Shown here piece by piece: positions 1 through 9,730 of a DNA stretch of 64,000 bases (the stretch's first letter is position 1; every line of letters begins with the position of its first letter). This DNA comes from Thermoproteota archaeon (lineage in GTDB: Archaea > Thermoproteota > Thermoprotei > Thermofilales > B9-G17). The notes below the pieces were generated by a model. It ran no database searches, was not told the DNA's origin, and saw nothing but the letters and a program-made list of their open reading frames with translations. Location: assembly GCA_029258885.1 (NCBI GenBank), contig JAPDJW010000003.1:32001-96000 (forward strand), in the 5' to 3' direction. The translations under genes were made by a program, and so were the position numbers.

Positions 1-17
1 TAATTCTAATACTAGCA

Positions 18-1202
18 TTGCTTCAAGCCGATGTATGGGCACAGCCGTTAATAGTGGTCGTTGAAATTAAAGGACGTATAGATGAGGGGGCCTACTATAC
101 TCTAAAGAAAGCGGTTGCTGCCGCCACTAAATACGGTGCACAGTATCTTATAGTAGTTATAGACAGCTATGGAGGATACCTCTATTCAATGGATAAGATA
201 ATAAGCGAGATAAGCAAGTGTCCCAGTCCATGTATCGTATGGATTCCGCCCGGAGGCAAGGCTGTTTCAGCTGGAGCTATAGTAGCTCTAAGTGGAGACG
301 ATATATTGGTCGGCGAGGGAAGCGTACTGGGGGCATGTAAGCCATATCCAGCTGACGAGAAGGTGGTTCAGTATGTTAAGGCTAGGATAAGAAGCCTAGC
401 CGAAAGAAGAAACCTCAATGAGTCCGTCATATTACTTCTGGAGGAGATGGTTACTAGAAGCAGAGCATTCTCTGCAAGCGAATTGCTTTCACTAGGTCTT
501 GTAACGAGGTATGCAAACAGCTTAAATGAGGTGTTGAACTACTTAAATGTAAGCAACGCTAAATTCGTTAAAATTGAGGCCGACGTAGTTTCGGAGATTG
601 CATCTATAATATTCGATCCTGGAATAGCGTCAATGATGCTGATAATAGGAATACTCCTTATAATACTGGAGCTTAAGGCTACAGGGTTCCAGGGATGGGG
701 CGTAGTGGGTGGAGTAATGGTTGCAATAGCACTTTACGTGTATGGGTTTATAGGCTGGAATCTAATGACGCTGACGCTAATACTATTGGGCATCACTGCA
801 ATAATAGCTGAACTTAAAAAGCCTGGAATACAGGTTTTCGGAGCCATGGGAATATCGATGATGCTCCTAGCAATACTACTTGAATATATGAGGCAGCCGT
901 ATATAGACATCTTATCCTACGCCGTACCAATACTAGCATTCACGGGCGTGGTATCCGGCGTAATACTTGTAGTTATAATTAAGGCGGCCGAAGCCATTAG
1001 AATGAAGAAGCTAACCATTAGGGATAAGCTGATGGGTAAAGAGGGTATTGCCAAGACAAGCATTAAGCCTGGAGGCACTGGAGTAGTACATGTTGAAGGG
1101 GAGGACTGGACCGCAACTTCAAGCGAATCCATAGATAGGGGCAGTAGGGTTAAAGTCATTGATGTTGAAGGATTAACGGTGATCGTGGAAAAAGTTAAAT
1201 AA
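18..1202 (+). CDS. nfeD: NfeD family membrane-bound serine protease (ClpP-class N-domain, TM region, C-terminal OB fold)
   Basis: IDSYGG and AVSAGA ClpP-like motifs, multiple TM helices, C-terminal GxVxVxGExWxA OB motif; directly upstream of an SPFH gene. Confidence 0.93.
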   Translation: MLQADVWAQPLIVVVEIKGRIDEGAYYTLKKAVAAATKYGAQYLIVVIDSYGGYLYSMDKIISEISKCPSPCIVWIPPGGKAVSAGAIVALSGDDILVGEGSVLGACKPYPADEKVVQYVKARIRSLAERRNLNESVILLLEEMVTRSRAFSASELLSLGLVTRYANSLNEVLNYLNVSNAKFVKIEADVVSEIASIIFDPGIASMMLIIGILLIILELKATGFQGWGVVGGVMVAIALYVYGFIGWNLMTLTLILLGITAIIAELKKPGIQVFGAMGISMMLLAILLEYMRQPYIDILSYAVPILAFTGVVSGVILVVIIKAAEAIRMKKLTIRDKLMGKEGIAKTSIKPGGTGVVHVEGEDWTATSSESIDRGSRVKVIDVEGLTVIVEKVK

Positions 1203-1229
1203 GAGGGGCTGAGAGATATTCTTGAGGGT

Positions 1230-2135
1230 ATGTTTCAAGAAATATTCTTTGAATTAGGGTACCAGCTTATAGTGCTTATAATCCTTCTAATATTTATTCT
1301 CGCCATAATCGCCGCTTACATTAAAATCGTGCCAGAGTACCAGAGGCTAGTAGTGTTCAGGCTTGGTCGAGCCATAGCAGTAAGAGGACCCGGACTGGTA
1401 ATACTGACTCCCTTTATAGATAAGGGAGTAGTGGTCGACTTAAGGGAGCAGTATATCGAGATTACTAGGCAGACCTGTATCACTAAGGATAACGCGCCAG
1501 TGGATATAGACTTCCTAATATACTTCAAGATACTCGATCCTATGAAGAGCGTGCTTGAGGTAAGCGACTTCAAGGGCGCAGCAGTAGGCATAGCTACCAC
1601 GACCCTGAGAGCGGTCGTGGGAGATATAGATCTAGATCAAGTCCTAGCGAGGAGGGAGTATATAAACGAGGTCTTGAGATCCAAGCTTGACGAGGTTACA
1701 GCAAGGTGGGGAGTAAAGGTAACAGCGGTAGAGATAAGGGAGATACTTCCACCGAGAGATGTACAGGAGGCAATGATCAAGCAAATGGCAGCTGAGAGAA
1801 ATAGGAGGGCTATGGTTACAGAAGCGGAAGGTAAGAAGGAATCGGCAATTAGGGTGGCTGAGGGTGAGAAGCAATCACTAATTTTAAAGGCCGAAGGCGA
1901 GAAGCAGGCCACAATACTTAGGGCTGAGGGTATAACTCAGGCTCTCTCCATGATAAATAAGGTTGCACGGGAGCTTGACTCAAGGGCGATGCTACTACAG
2001 TACTTCGAAGCGCTGAAGAGTATCGCATCATCTCCATCAACCAAGATAGTTTTGCCCATGGAGGTATTCAAGCTACTGGGACCCTTGGAGAAGTTCAGCA
2101 GAGCTATAATTGGTGGAGGAGAGAAGGAGAGCTAG
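1230..2135 (+). CDS. SPFH/Band 7 stomatin-like protein
   Basis: N-terminal TM; VPEYQRLVVFRLG, ITKDNAPV, TTLRAVVG, WGVKVTAVEI and AERNRRA motifs. Confidence 0.96.
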   Translation: MFQEIFFELGYQLIVLIILLIFILAIIAAYIKIVPEYQRLVVFRLGRAIAVRGPGLVILTPFIDKGVVVDLREQYIEITRQTCITKDNAPVDIDFLIYFKILDPMKSVLEVSDFKGAAVGIATTTLRAVVGDIDLDQVLARREYINEVLRSKLDEVTARWGVKVTAVEIREILPPRDVQEAMIKQMAAERNRRAMVTEAEGKKESAIRVAEGEKQSLILKAEGEKQATILRAEGITQALSMINKVARELDSRAMLLQYFEALKSIASSPSTKIVLPMEVFKLLGPLEKFSRAIIGGGEKES

Positions 2136-2191
2136 TGTTCATATTTTGAACATAAAATAGTTTTTTATTTTACATCTAAACTTTCTAAAAC

Positions 2192-3058
2192 ATGCCACTT
2201 TCACTCATACTGCTTATGCTCCACATATTATCCATAATTTTAGCGTCATATAATTCTCCAGTTAATACGGGCGCCCAGCCATCCATTATCCTATACTGTA
2301 ATGGTCAGGCGCTGGAGGTAAGCGAGGATTCATTCGCCTATAAAACGGTGCTGGCACTAGTTAATAAAATACTGGATAGCAATTTAACGCTACTTAGATG
2401 CGTCCTACCCGACAGCTACGTTAATAGTAGGGTGCGGTTAGTAGTATCCTATGGAGAGCATGTACGTATCCCGTTGAATGGAGGCGTCTACGTAAATGCT
2501 TCGAAAATAGCCATCATACTATTTGAACGTAAACTAGTCTATAAGGATGGCTCAAAATACTGGGGCTGCCTAGCGGGAGACATAGACTACCTAGTAGACG
2601 ACCTGATAAACGTTTTAAAGGATTATCTCTCCGAGCTTTCGCCTATAAGCTACGTGGAACACTTAAGCTTTTTCTCAGGAATTAAGGAGCCTTCAGTATA
2701 TACCTTAAGCCTTCCATTCATACCCTCAGCCTTCCTAAGAAACTTCAGTAGCTACGTATCATCCACCATTAAAAGCGGGGAATACTTCGGTCTCATAGTG
2801 GGAAGAGGACTGAAGAATACGGGAGGATACTGGGTGAAGCTTATCAGCGTAAACATAGACTATCAGAGGAAGCTCATAACATTCCTCTTCTACGCTAGAA
2901 ATCCCAGACCCGGTGAAATAGTCATACAAGTACTAACGGAGCCAGCCTCAATGGTAGTAATAACCAGCCAATTAAAGCCGGGAACTTATGCTGTAAATGT
3001 AACGGTTACTGGAGACGAGCATCTAACGTATACTATGACTATAACTGTTGAAGATTAA
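2192..3058 (+). CDS. Secreted protein with C-terminal PrcB-like (protease complex subunit) domain
   Basis: Signal peptide; GRGLKNTGGYWVKLISV and VIQVLTEP resemble the PrcB_C motif GxxxTGGY...QxxTxP. Confidence 0.65.
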   Translation: MPLSLILLMLHILSIILASYNSPVNTGAQPSIILYCNGQALEVSEDSFAYKTVLALVNKILDSNLTLLRCVLPDSYVNSRVRLVVSYGEHVRIPLNGGVYVNASKIAIILFERKLVYKDGSKYWGCLAGDIDYLVDDLINVLKDYLSELSPISYVEHLSFFSGIKEPSVYTLSLPFIPSAFLRNFSSYVSSTIKSGEYFGLIVGRGLKNTGGYWVKLISVNIDYQRKLITFLFYARNPRPGEIVIQVLTEPASMVVITSQLKPGTYAVNVTVTGDEHLTYTMTITVED

Positions 3059-3188
3059 GCATATAACGTGGAGCATCGCTAAACTACATGTTGAATTGAA
3101 GTCATCGCTAAATCTATTTAAATCGATATAGAGGATCCGCCGTAATCGAAATATATATCACGTATATAAACCATGATATTGTGATAAT

Positions 3189-4427
3189 ATGAGGATATTA
3201 AATATATTCACGCTAGTTTTATTCTTAGTTCTATTGACAATTATTCTACCTCCTCGGCTAATAGCATTATCGTCCGGAGGAAAGAGGCTAAATGTTATTA
3301 GCTTAAGGATAAGCTTCAGCGTTCCCTATGGAGCCCATGGGCTTACCTATAGGCTCAGGATATATAATCTAACTAACTGTATGTTTAAATTGATATGGAG
3401 AGCGAGCATTAAATATGTGCCTCCAGAGTACGGTATGGAGATTCCATTAAGGATGTGGGTAATACCTGCTTCATACAGCCATATTACATCAAAGACCACA
3501 TACGAACACCAGGACATATGGATATATGTATATGCCTTCGACACAAATAGGAAGGCTATATACTATGGATCAACTACGTTAAGTATATTTCCCGATAAAG
3601 ATAAGGTGGTTTATGTAACATTAAATATAGAAGAATATACTCTCTATTCCAGCGATAAGCAGGTATTAGCCGAGGAGGTTCCAGATATAAACCAGTATGA
3701 TAGCAGGATTGAACAAAAATGCGAACAAGCAGTAATGTGTGCTGCTAAGATTCCGGGAATGGGCACTTACGCGAAATGCATTATACCCTCAGGAACTCGT
3801 GTTAAAATTCAGAGTTTTGAGAGATTCTACTATTCATACGACGATCATCCAAGAGATCCCGATGCAGTATGGTATATGAGAGACTGGAGCCCCTCAGGAT
3901 ATACGACTATTCTCATAGATGGCGACCATATCCGCGAGGTAAATGACTCTGCTTCAATGAAGTGGTATCTCACGAACGTTAAATTTGTTACGTATACCTC
4001 GGGAAGCGTAAATGAGGCATCAGACGATGGATCTCCACTGCCCGATTGTTACAGTTTTGTTGTCGTAAAGTTCTTTGCATCAGACACTAGCTCGAATGGC
4101 GTAAGCTCTGAACGGTGGAATCCACTGAGTAGTGGAAGCTACTATGATGAATTTGATAGACCCGAGATAGGCGAAGATAAATTCCCCTTAAGTTCAGTTT
4201 ATAGCCTACAGGAGGTAATGTATCAATTTGAATTTTGGGCAGTTGTAGGATGTAAAAAGTGTGAAGTAGATATTTGGGCTGAGGTATCCTTTAGGTATAG
4301 GTGTAGTGACTTTATCCTCAAGGCGGGGATAAGCTCTTGGAATCAAGTTCCAGGCCAATATAATAAGTTTGTAATATACACCTATGATTCTGCTAAGAGT
4401 AGAGTAAGAGGAGCTTTCGAAGGCTAA
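3189..4427 (+). CDS. Hypothetical secreted beta-rich protein
   Basis: 412 aa ORF with signal peptide, Tyr/Ser-rich; no family recognised. Confidence 0.7.
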   Translation: MRILNIFTLVLFLVLLTIILPPRLIALSSGGKRLNVISLRISFSVPYGAHGLTYRLRIYNLTNCMFKLIWRASIKYVPPEYGMEIPLRMWVIPASYSHITSKTTYEHQDIWIYVYAFDTNRKAIYYGSTTLSIFPDKDKVVYVTLNIEEYTLYSSDKQVLAEEVPDINQYDSRIEQKCEQAVMCAAKIPGMGTYAKCIIPSGTRVKIQSFERFYYSYDDHPRDPDAVWYMRDWSPSGYTTILIDGDHIREVNDSASMKWYLTNVKFVTYTSGSVNEASDDGSPLPDCYSFVVVKFFASDTSSNGVSSERWNPLSSGSYYDEFDRPEIGEDKFPLSSVYSLQEVMYQFEFWAVVGCKKCEVDIWAEVSFRYRCSDFILKAGISSWNQVPGQYNKFVIYTYDSAKSRVRGAFEG

Positions 4428-4431
4428 AGCC

Positions 4432-4455
4432 TTGTTTTAAGACCTCTTAAAACAA
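4432..4455. repeat. Perfect 11-bp inverted repeat TTGTTTTAAGA-CC-TCTTAAAACAA (possible terminator or operator)
   Basis: Read directly; begins 5 nt after the stop of 3189..4427. Confidence 0.7.
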
Positions 4456-4705
4456 TTTTATCCCGCGTAAATATTTTTCATTTCACTTATTGTATCAAAA
4501 CCATAGAACATATACTACATAAGGAGTATTTGAGGCTACTATTATGAGGGAAAGCTAATAACCTAAGTTTAATGGAGGTGTTTATAGCAACTTGAATTTA
4601 GAAGTATTCATAGTATCCGTAGTAGTTACTGGAAATAGCTACGGTAATAATAGTGAAGAGCTAAAGGCATAAAAAGATATTAAGTCTCTAGCTAGATTAC
4701 TACCT

Positions 4706-5410
4706 ATGGCTGGTTCCATCAGAATTCTCATGATAAGCGATCTCCACTTCTCGAGAGAAGGTGTTAGTGAATCACTTGCATTTAAGTGGCTTGAAGAAAT
4801 TGTTTCATATCATAGTCCTGATGTACTGTTGTCCTGCGGTGATTGGGGGGAAGATTGTTCAATTGAAAACTTTAACTCAATCCTAGCTTTAACGAGAATA
4901 TATAGCATCTACGGTAATCACGATAATTTACCAGTTTTACGTGCTTTAAGGAATGTTGATGGAACACTTGTTCTACTGGAGGATAAGGTCGTAAATATTA
5001 ATGGCTTAAGGATTGCAGGCATATGTGGCATAATTGCTGAAAGAAGGAGAGTGAAGAAGGGGGTGCCTAGGAAGCGGCCGGAGGAATATGTGGAGGCTGC
5101 TATGAAAATCGCTAGGCGGGGCGGAGCAGATATACTGTTAATTCATGAAACACCGCCATTTTCGGAGTACAGGCGTGTAATGCATTTTAGGGAATCCCTT
5201 CAGGCCGTGATTGAGGCCATGGAAATCATTAGGCCGAAGCTCGTCCTAAACGGTCATCTGCACTTCTCCCCCTATACTCTAATTAAACTTGAGGATTACC
5301 TCTACCTTAGAATTATTAGCTCCCAGAAGATGAGGCACTACGCCCTACTAGACGACAGCAAAATTTCAATATATCACGATAGGGTAAAGATACTCGAGGA
5401 GCAACTTTAG
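4706..5410 (+). CDS. Calcineurin-like metallophosphoesterase
   Basis: SDLH, GDWG, GNHD, HE and GHLH metal-binding motifs in canonical order. Confidence 0.92.
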   Translation: MAGSIRILMISDLHFSREGVSESLAFKWLEEIVSYHSPDVLLSCGDWGEDCSIENFNSILALTRIYSIYGNHDNLPVLRALRNVDGTLVLLEDKVVNINGLRIAGICGIIAERRRVKKGVPRKRPEEYVEAAMKIARRGGADILLIHETPPFSEYRRVMHFRESLQAVIEAMEIIRPKLVLNGHLHFSPYTLIKLEDYLYLRIISSQKMRHYALLDDSKISIYHDRVKILEEQL

Positions 5411-5414
5411 GGTA

Positions 5415-5843
5415 CTATAGATCGAATACTACTTTAAGCTCCGCTTTATCGTTCTGCTTTATCTCCATAAGCGAGTAGGTTACCGCCTTTATCTCACACC
5501 TACTCTCATGCCTGGATAAATCGACCTTTTCACCCCACGCCTCGCCCCTAAGCATGTATTCTCCATCCTGTTTCCCGATTTCATGAACCTTAAACTTCGA
5601 GAATAGAAGCCTCTCGGCATCATAGTAGTAGAGGAGTTCTTCAAGCCAATTTAATAGCAGCTGATAGAGGTCTATGCCCTTAACCTCTACCTCGATCCTA
5701 ACCTCAGGCTTAACCTTAGACGTGTCCGTCATAACCTCAAACATCGCTAGTGCAGCATACTCGAACGCCTCCTCCAGGGTATCGCCCCACGCATGGATAT
5801 AGGCATCCGACATATGCTCAAGGAACCTGAATCCACCAGCCAT
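5415..5843 (-). CDS. Archease (RtcB activating cofactor)
   Basis: FRFLEHMSD, EIKAVTY, VVFDL; start placed at MAGGF (ORF track begins 5858). Confidence 0.95.
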   Translation of the reverse strand: MAGGFRFLEHMSDAYIHAWGDTLEEAFEYAALAMFEVMTDTSKVKPEVRIEVEVKGIDLYQLLLNWLEELLYYYDAERLLFSKFKVHEIGKQDGEYMLRGEAWGEKVDLSRHESRCEIKAVTYSLMEIKQNDKAELKVVFDL

Positions 5844-5873
5844 CAAACCACCACCCAATATTTACGTTATTAT

Positions 5874-6206
5874 TTAGAGTAGCCTCGGAAGATGGAACAT
5901 GCTTAGAATAACCAGTACAACATATATTATGACTGCGAGAGCTATTGCCTTCAGGAGCCCTATATCATACATCTTCATTAACACTAGAATCCACACCAGT
6001 ACAGCTATGGGCGTAAGTATCCACGATATCAGGTTAAATAGAGTAAAGATTATTGCACCGATAAGCGCCGTCCACAATGCAGTTGAGAAGTTCTTCCTCG
6101 CCCCAACTATTATGGCCGAGACGTGTATTGCAAGTGCGCTGATAATCCATCCTATAGCGAAAATTATAATGTTTTCAATAACCCTGACAATTTCCGGGGA
6201 CATCAT
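5874..6206 (-). CDS. Small 4-TM membrane protein, weakly YvlD/holin-4-like
   Basis: Almost entirely hydrophobic 110 aa; ALAIHVSAIIVG...FSTALWTALIGAII pattern. Confidence 0.7.
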   Translation of the reverse strand: MMSPEIVRVIENIIIFAIGWIISALAIHVSAIIVGARKNFSTALWTALIGAIIFTLFNLISWILTPIAVLVWILVLMKMYDIGLLKAIALAVIIYVVLVILSMFHLPRLL

Positions 6207-6275
6207 CGATTAGCATATAGGGGGTCTCGCTTAAATATTTGCTCCTCCATAAATATCGGATAGAGGCTCGGAGAC

Positions 6276-7427
6276 ATGGCTGAATACAGGTATTCCGGTA
6301 GAACGAGGGATGGAGTATACGTCTACCTAGTAGTTAAAGCTGAAGTAGCCAGTGGGCAGGAGGAGCTTTTCTCTAGAGCAATGCCGTTAATTGTAAGTGA
6401 GGTATTAAACCTATTCAACTTTAACGAGCTAACAGGAGTAAAATGCAGGAGATATATAGTTGATAATCTGAGGCGGAAGGGCGTTGCGGCCTCTAACGTG
6501 AGGATAATAACATCATTTAGATGCCCAAGATGTAACGCTTCCCTAGAATACTCTCCCGAATCCGTGATGCTTATATGCTCGTACTGCGGCTGGGTAGGCA
6601 ATATATATGGAGTTGAGGAGGAGGCCTACTTCTGGAAGCCCGTAGACTTGAGCACAGCTTTCAGCAAGCTCTCCCGTAGAGTCGGAGGCCGCATTAGGCT
6701 ATCCGAATACAACCTTAAGTTTGTGCCAGTATACGTCTATAGGGCTGACGTTGATGTAAGCTATAGGGGATACAAGGTGGTTAGAGGTAGTAAGGGGAGA
6801 GTCAGGTACGTCCCTAGGAGCGGAGCCTTCAGGGAGAGCATAATCTATCCAGTTATCCTGAGAATGAATACCGAAATATACGGTGAGGAGTTCAGGAGAG
6901 CTGTAGCATACAATTTCGAGAGAATAGGTATAATGGTCCTAGATAGCGAGCACGGTAAGAAGTACTCTAAGAACATCCTAGCTCCCGAGGTTAGCTGTGA
7001 GGAGGCTGAAGGAATGGCTGTAGATGGAATAGAGGACCACTATTTAGAGCGTGTAAGGGAGCATCTTGACGGAATCACCAGCTTCAACTGTAAGGTAAAC
7101 TTAAGCAAGCCCATGCTGGTCTTCACTCCCATATGGACGATAATATACGAAGCTGGCAGAAGAATATATAGAGCGGTAATTGACGGAGTAACTGGAAACA
7201 TTCTTGTCTCAGAAGCACCCTTAGGGACGACGGCCAGGATTGGATACATAATGGCCGCCTATGGGGTTGCGTTGGCTGCGCCTCTAGCTTTAGAGTTTCT
7301 TCTTAGGATGGAGGACTCCGACGTATTCAGCCTTGTATTGATAGTGTTTCTCGGCGCATTCGCATTCATATATAAGTTTATTTCAAGCATATTCAAGCCG
7401 TATAGGAGAGTGAGCGATTATCTATGA
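6276..7427 (+). CDS. Zn-ribbon membrane protein with N-terminal SPFH-like mini-domain
   Basis: CPRC/CSYC ribbon at aa ~83-104; FVPVYVY and TPIWTIIY core; two C-terminal TM helices; N-terminal 80 aa resemble an SPFH core. Confidence 0.75.
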   Translation: MAEYRYSGRTRDGVYVYLVVKAEVASGQEELFSRAMPLIVSEVLNLFNFNELTGVKCRRYIVDNLRRKGVAASNVRIITSFRCPRCNASLEYSPESVMLICSYCGWVGNIYGVEEEAYFWKPVDLSTAFSKLSRRVGGRIRLSEYNLKFVPVYVYRADVDVSYRGYKVVRGSKGRVRYVPRSGAFRESIIYPVILRMNTEIYGEEFRRAVAYNFERIGIMVLDSEHGKKYSKNILAPEVSCEEAEGMAVDGIEDHYLERVREHLDGITSFNCKVNLSKPMLVFTPIWTIIYEAGRRIYRAVIDGVTGNILVSEAPLGTTARIGYIMAAYGVALAAPLALEFLLRMEDSDVFSLVLIVFLGAFAFIYKFISSIFKPYRRVSDYL

Positions 7428-8407
7428 GAATTAGATGCACCTACTGTGGAGCCGAATTAGAAATTAATCCAGAGGACAAGGTAGTTACCTGTCAATACTG
7501 TGGAACAACATTCATGGTAGGCGGCGGTGAAATCGAAAGACATCTAATGGGTACAGTTAACTATAGCGTCCAAGAGATCTTCAAAATATTCAAGGAGTGG
7601 GCATTGAGAAAGCCTGAAACCCCAAACGACTTCGAGCTATCTTCATCACTAAGATCTTGGAGGCTAATGTTTCTCCCATACTGGCTGTTTAAAGTTAGGG
7701 TGAAGAGTAATTATAGAGGCTATGTTAGAGAGGTTACAAGAGGTCTATGGAGGCGCTTCAGGACGACAACTGTAACAGGATACGAAGAGGAAGTTTACGA
7801 TATTGCCGTTCCAGCATCCTCGAAAAGCCTAAAGCACGAGTTCGGGCTAAGGGGTAAGGTATTCTTCAACGAAAGGGAGGTTAGGGACAACAACGGCATA
7901 TTAGTACATGCATCCGTAGATATGGGGTACGCCAAGAATAGGGCTAAAAGCATGGCAGTGGAGAGGCTTATCGGCAAGCTCGGGAGAAGGGGAGTATTTA
8001 ACGTGAATATCGTGGGCAGTACAGTTGATATACTGGATGAATCCTTCGTACATATCCCAATCTACGAAATAGAATACCGGTACAGGGGCGGGACATACAA
8101 GTTCTACGCCGACGCCTCTGATTCCAGGATAATTCTCGCCGAGATACCGAGTGGATTAGTCTTTAGAACCGGACTAATCACACTAGCATTAACCTCGTTT
8201 GCAGCTGGCGTAGGAGCGTTCATCCTAGGCTTAACCTTAAGCATGCCAATATTTGCAGTAACTTCAGCAATATACTTCGGGACGATAGGCGTATTACTGG
8301 GTAGAAAAGCCGCTGAAAGGAAGGTTGTTCTACATAGATACGGGAGCAGAGAGGAGGGAGAGATTCCCAGGAAACTGCTGGATATTATAGGTGTTAAAGC
8401 TGTATAA
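7424..8407 (+). CDS. Zn-ribbon membrane protein, paralog of the upstream gene
   Basis: CTYC/CQYC ribbon, FLPYWLF, HIPIYEIEY, two C-terminal TM helices; ATGA overlap with upstream gene. Confidence 0.8.
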   Translation: MRIRCTYCGAELEINPEDKVVTCQYCGTTFMVGGGEIERHLMGTVNYSVQEIFKIFKEWALRKPETPNDFELSSSLRSWRLMFLPYWLFKVRVKSNYRGYVREVTRGLWRRFRTTTVTGYEEEVYDIAVPASSKSLKHEFGLRGKVFFNEREVRDNNGILVHASVDMGYAKNRAKSMAVERLIGKLGRRGVFNVNIVGSTVDILDESFVHIPIYEIEYRYRGGTYKFYADASDSRIILAEIPSGLVFRTGLITLALTSFAAGVGAFILGLTLSMPIFAVTSAIYFGTIGVLLGRKAAERKVVLHRYGSREEGEIPRKLLDIIGVKAV

Positions 8408-8795
8408 ACGATGGCTTAACGAGCCTAACCCCGCTTATTGATTCCAGCTCGTTAATGAGGCGCACAACCTCCCCGCTGTAGCCTTCAATAAGTATTACAT
8501 CCATACATCTATCCCTTGTAATGTGTACATGCACGAGCGACTTTATGATGTATAGATACTTGTGCTGGATAGATATCAGCCGTTTATTCGTATCGGCAAC
8601 CGCATGATCATAGATTACTATGATTGCACCAACCAGTTTAGCTGGACTTTCAATCCACTCCCTCTCACTAAGGTATAGCCTAACAGCTTCCTCGATAACT
8701 CTAGACCTATTTCTCAATCCCCGCTTTTGAATGAACTCGTCAAGCCTTTTAAGCAGATCCTTATCTATTGAAATTCCCGTTCTAACGATTCTCAT
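8394..8795 (-). CDS. nikR: Nickel-responsive transcriptional regulator NikR
   Basis: RHH N-terminus (RTGISID...NRSRVI) and C-terminal H...HVHI..DRC nickel site. Confidence 0.9.
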   Translation of the reverse strand: MRIVRTGISIDKDLLKRLDEFIQKRGLRNRSRVIEEAVRLYLSEREWIESPAKLVGAIIVIYDHAVADTNKRLISIQHKYLYIIKSLVHVHITRDRCMDVILIEGYSGEVVRLINELESISGVRLVKPSFIQL

Positions 8796-8856
8796 GCTAT
8801 GTTTATTAAAGAAATAATTGCTATAAAAATCTTAATGCTGAAATCATTTTACGCAA

Positions 8857-9423
8857 CTAAATGGGTTTAGCAAGTATCTTCCTTATCCTAAGATCAAACA
8901 GCCTCCTGGAGGTCGATGGCTTAACTAACAAGACCGTATCTGCTCCTCTCCCTGTGCCACCTATGGCAATTACGTCCTCATCCAGTGGAATACATCCAGC
9001 ATCCGCAGCCATCAAAACTATCTCAACACAAACCTTCACACCCTGACAGAACAGCCTCAATACATCGGCTATAAGGTCGGCTGGAGAAAGACCACCATAT
9101 TTATCCCTAACAGCCCTATCAACTCCCCTAAAGGCGTGGGCAGCCGTAACAACCTTAACACCCCTACTAACCAGCTTCCTCCTTATCTCCTCATCAAACT
9201 CCTGCCTAACACTAGGCCTAAACCACGCTTCATGAGTAACCACGACAAGGTTATAGCCTTCACCAAAATACTCCAAAGCCTTCTCCGCAGTCTTACCCCT
9301 CGTCGAAGCCACCACAATACTCCTTATACCATGCTTATCAGCGTATTCCTTAGCTATCCTTAAAGCCTCGTCGGTATTCTCCTCACCAGCCTTCTCAAAG
9401 TAGAGAACCCTCTCAACAGCCAT
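8857..9423 (-). CDS. MTH1675/COG1751 family protein (pyruvate kinase C-terminal-like fold)
   Basis: YFEKAGEENT, IVVASTRG, QGVKVCVEI, AADAG, GGTGRGADT motifs. Confidence 0.9.
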   Translation of the reverse strand: MAVERVLYFEKAGEENTDEALRIAKEYADKHGIRSIVVASTRGKTAEKALEYFGEGYNLVVVTHEAWFRPSVRQEFDEEIRRKLVSRGVKVVTAAHAFRGVDRAVRDKYGGLSPADLIADVLRLFCQGVKVCVEIVLMAADAGCIPLDEDVIAIGGTGRGADTVLLVKPSTSRRLFDLRIRKILAKPI

Positions 9424-9730
9424 ACATTAGTATAGTCGACTAAAACTTAAAAGCATTAATAATTTAAAACACTGTTAAAACATTAAATTAAAATAAACTG
9501 CCTTACCAAAATCTATTAATTAATATATAATTAACTTAATGCGACTAATACAAAGTGTATTAAGTTTATGAAAGAGAATATTATTAAACAAAATTTATTA
9601 TTTCAAGGATGAAGATTTAAAGAAATATTAAGAATAATGCATGTTCGCAAATGAAATTAATCATAAAAATAGTGCATTTTAAATAAGTAGAGTAGAAAAT
9701 ATTAATATTCATTAAGTAAATATTTTATTA

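Noticed and set aside
9424-9730. Replication origin (AT-rich DUE; TCCAGTGGAA at 8981)
   Set aside because: No orc1/cdc6 gene and no repeated ORB boxes; the ORB-like 10-mer is single and inside a CDS
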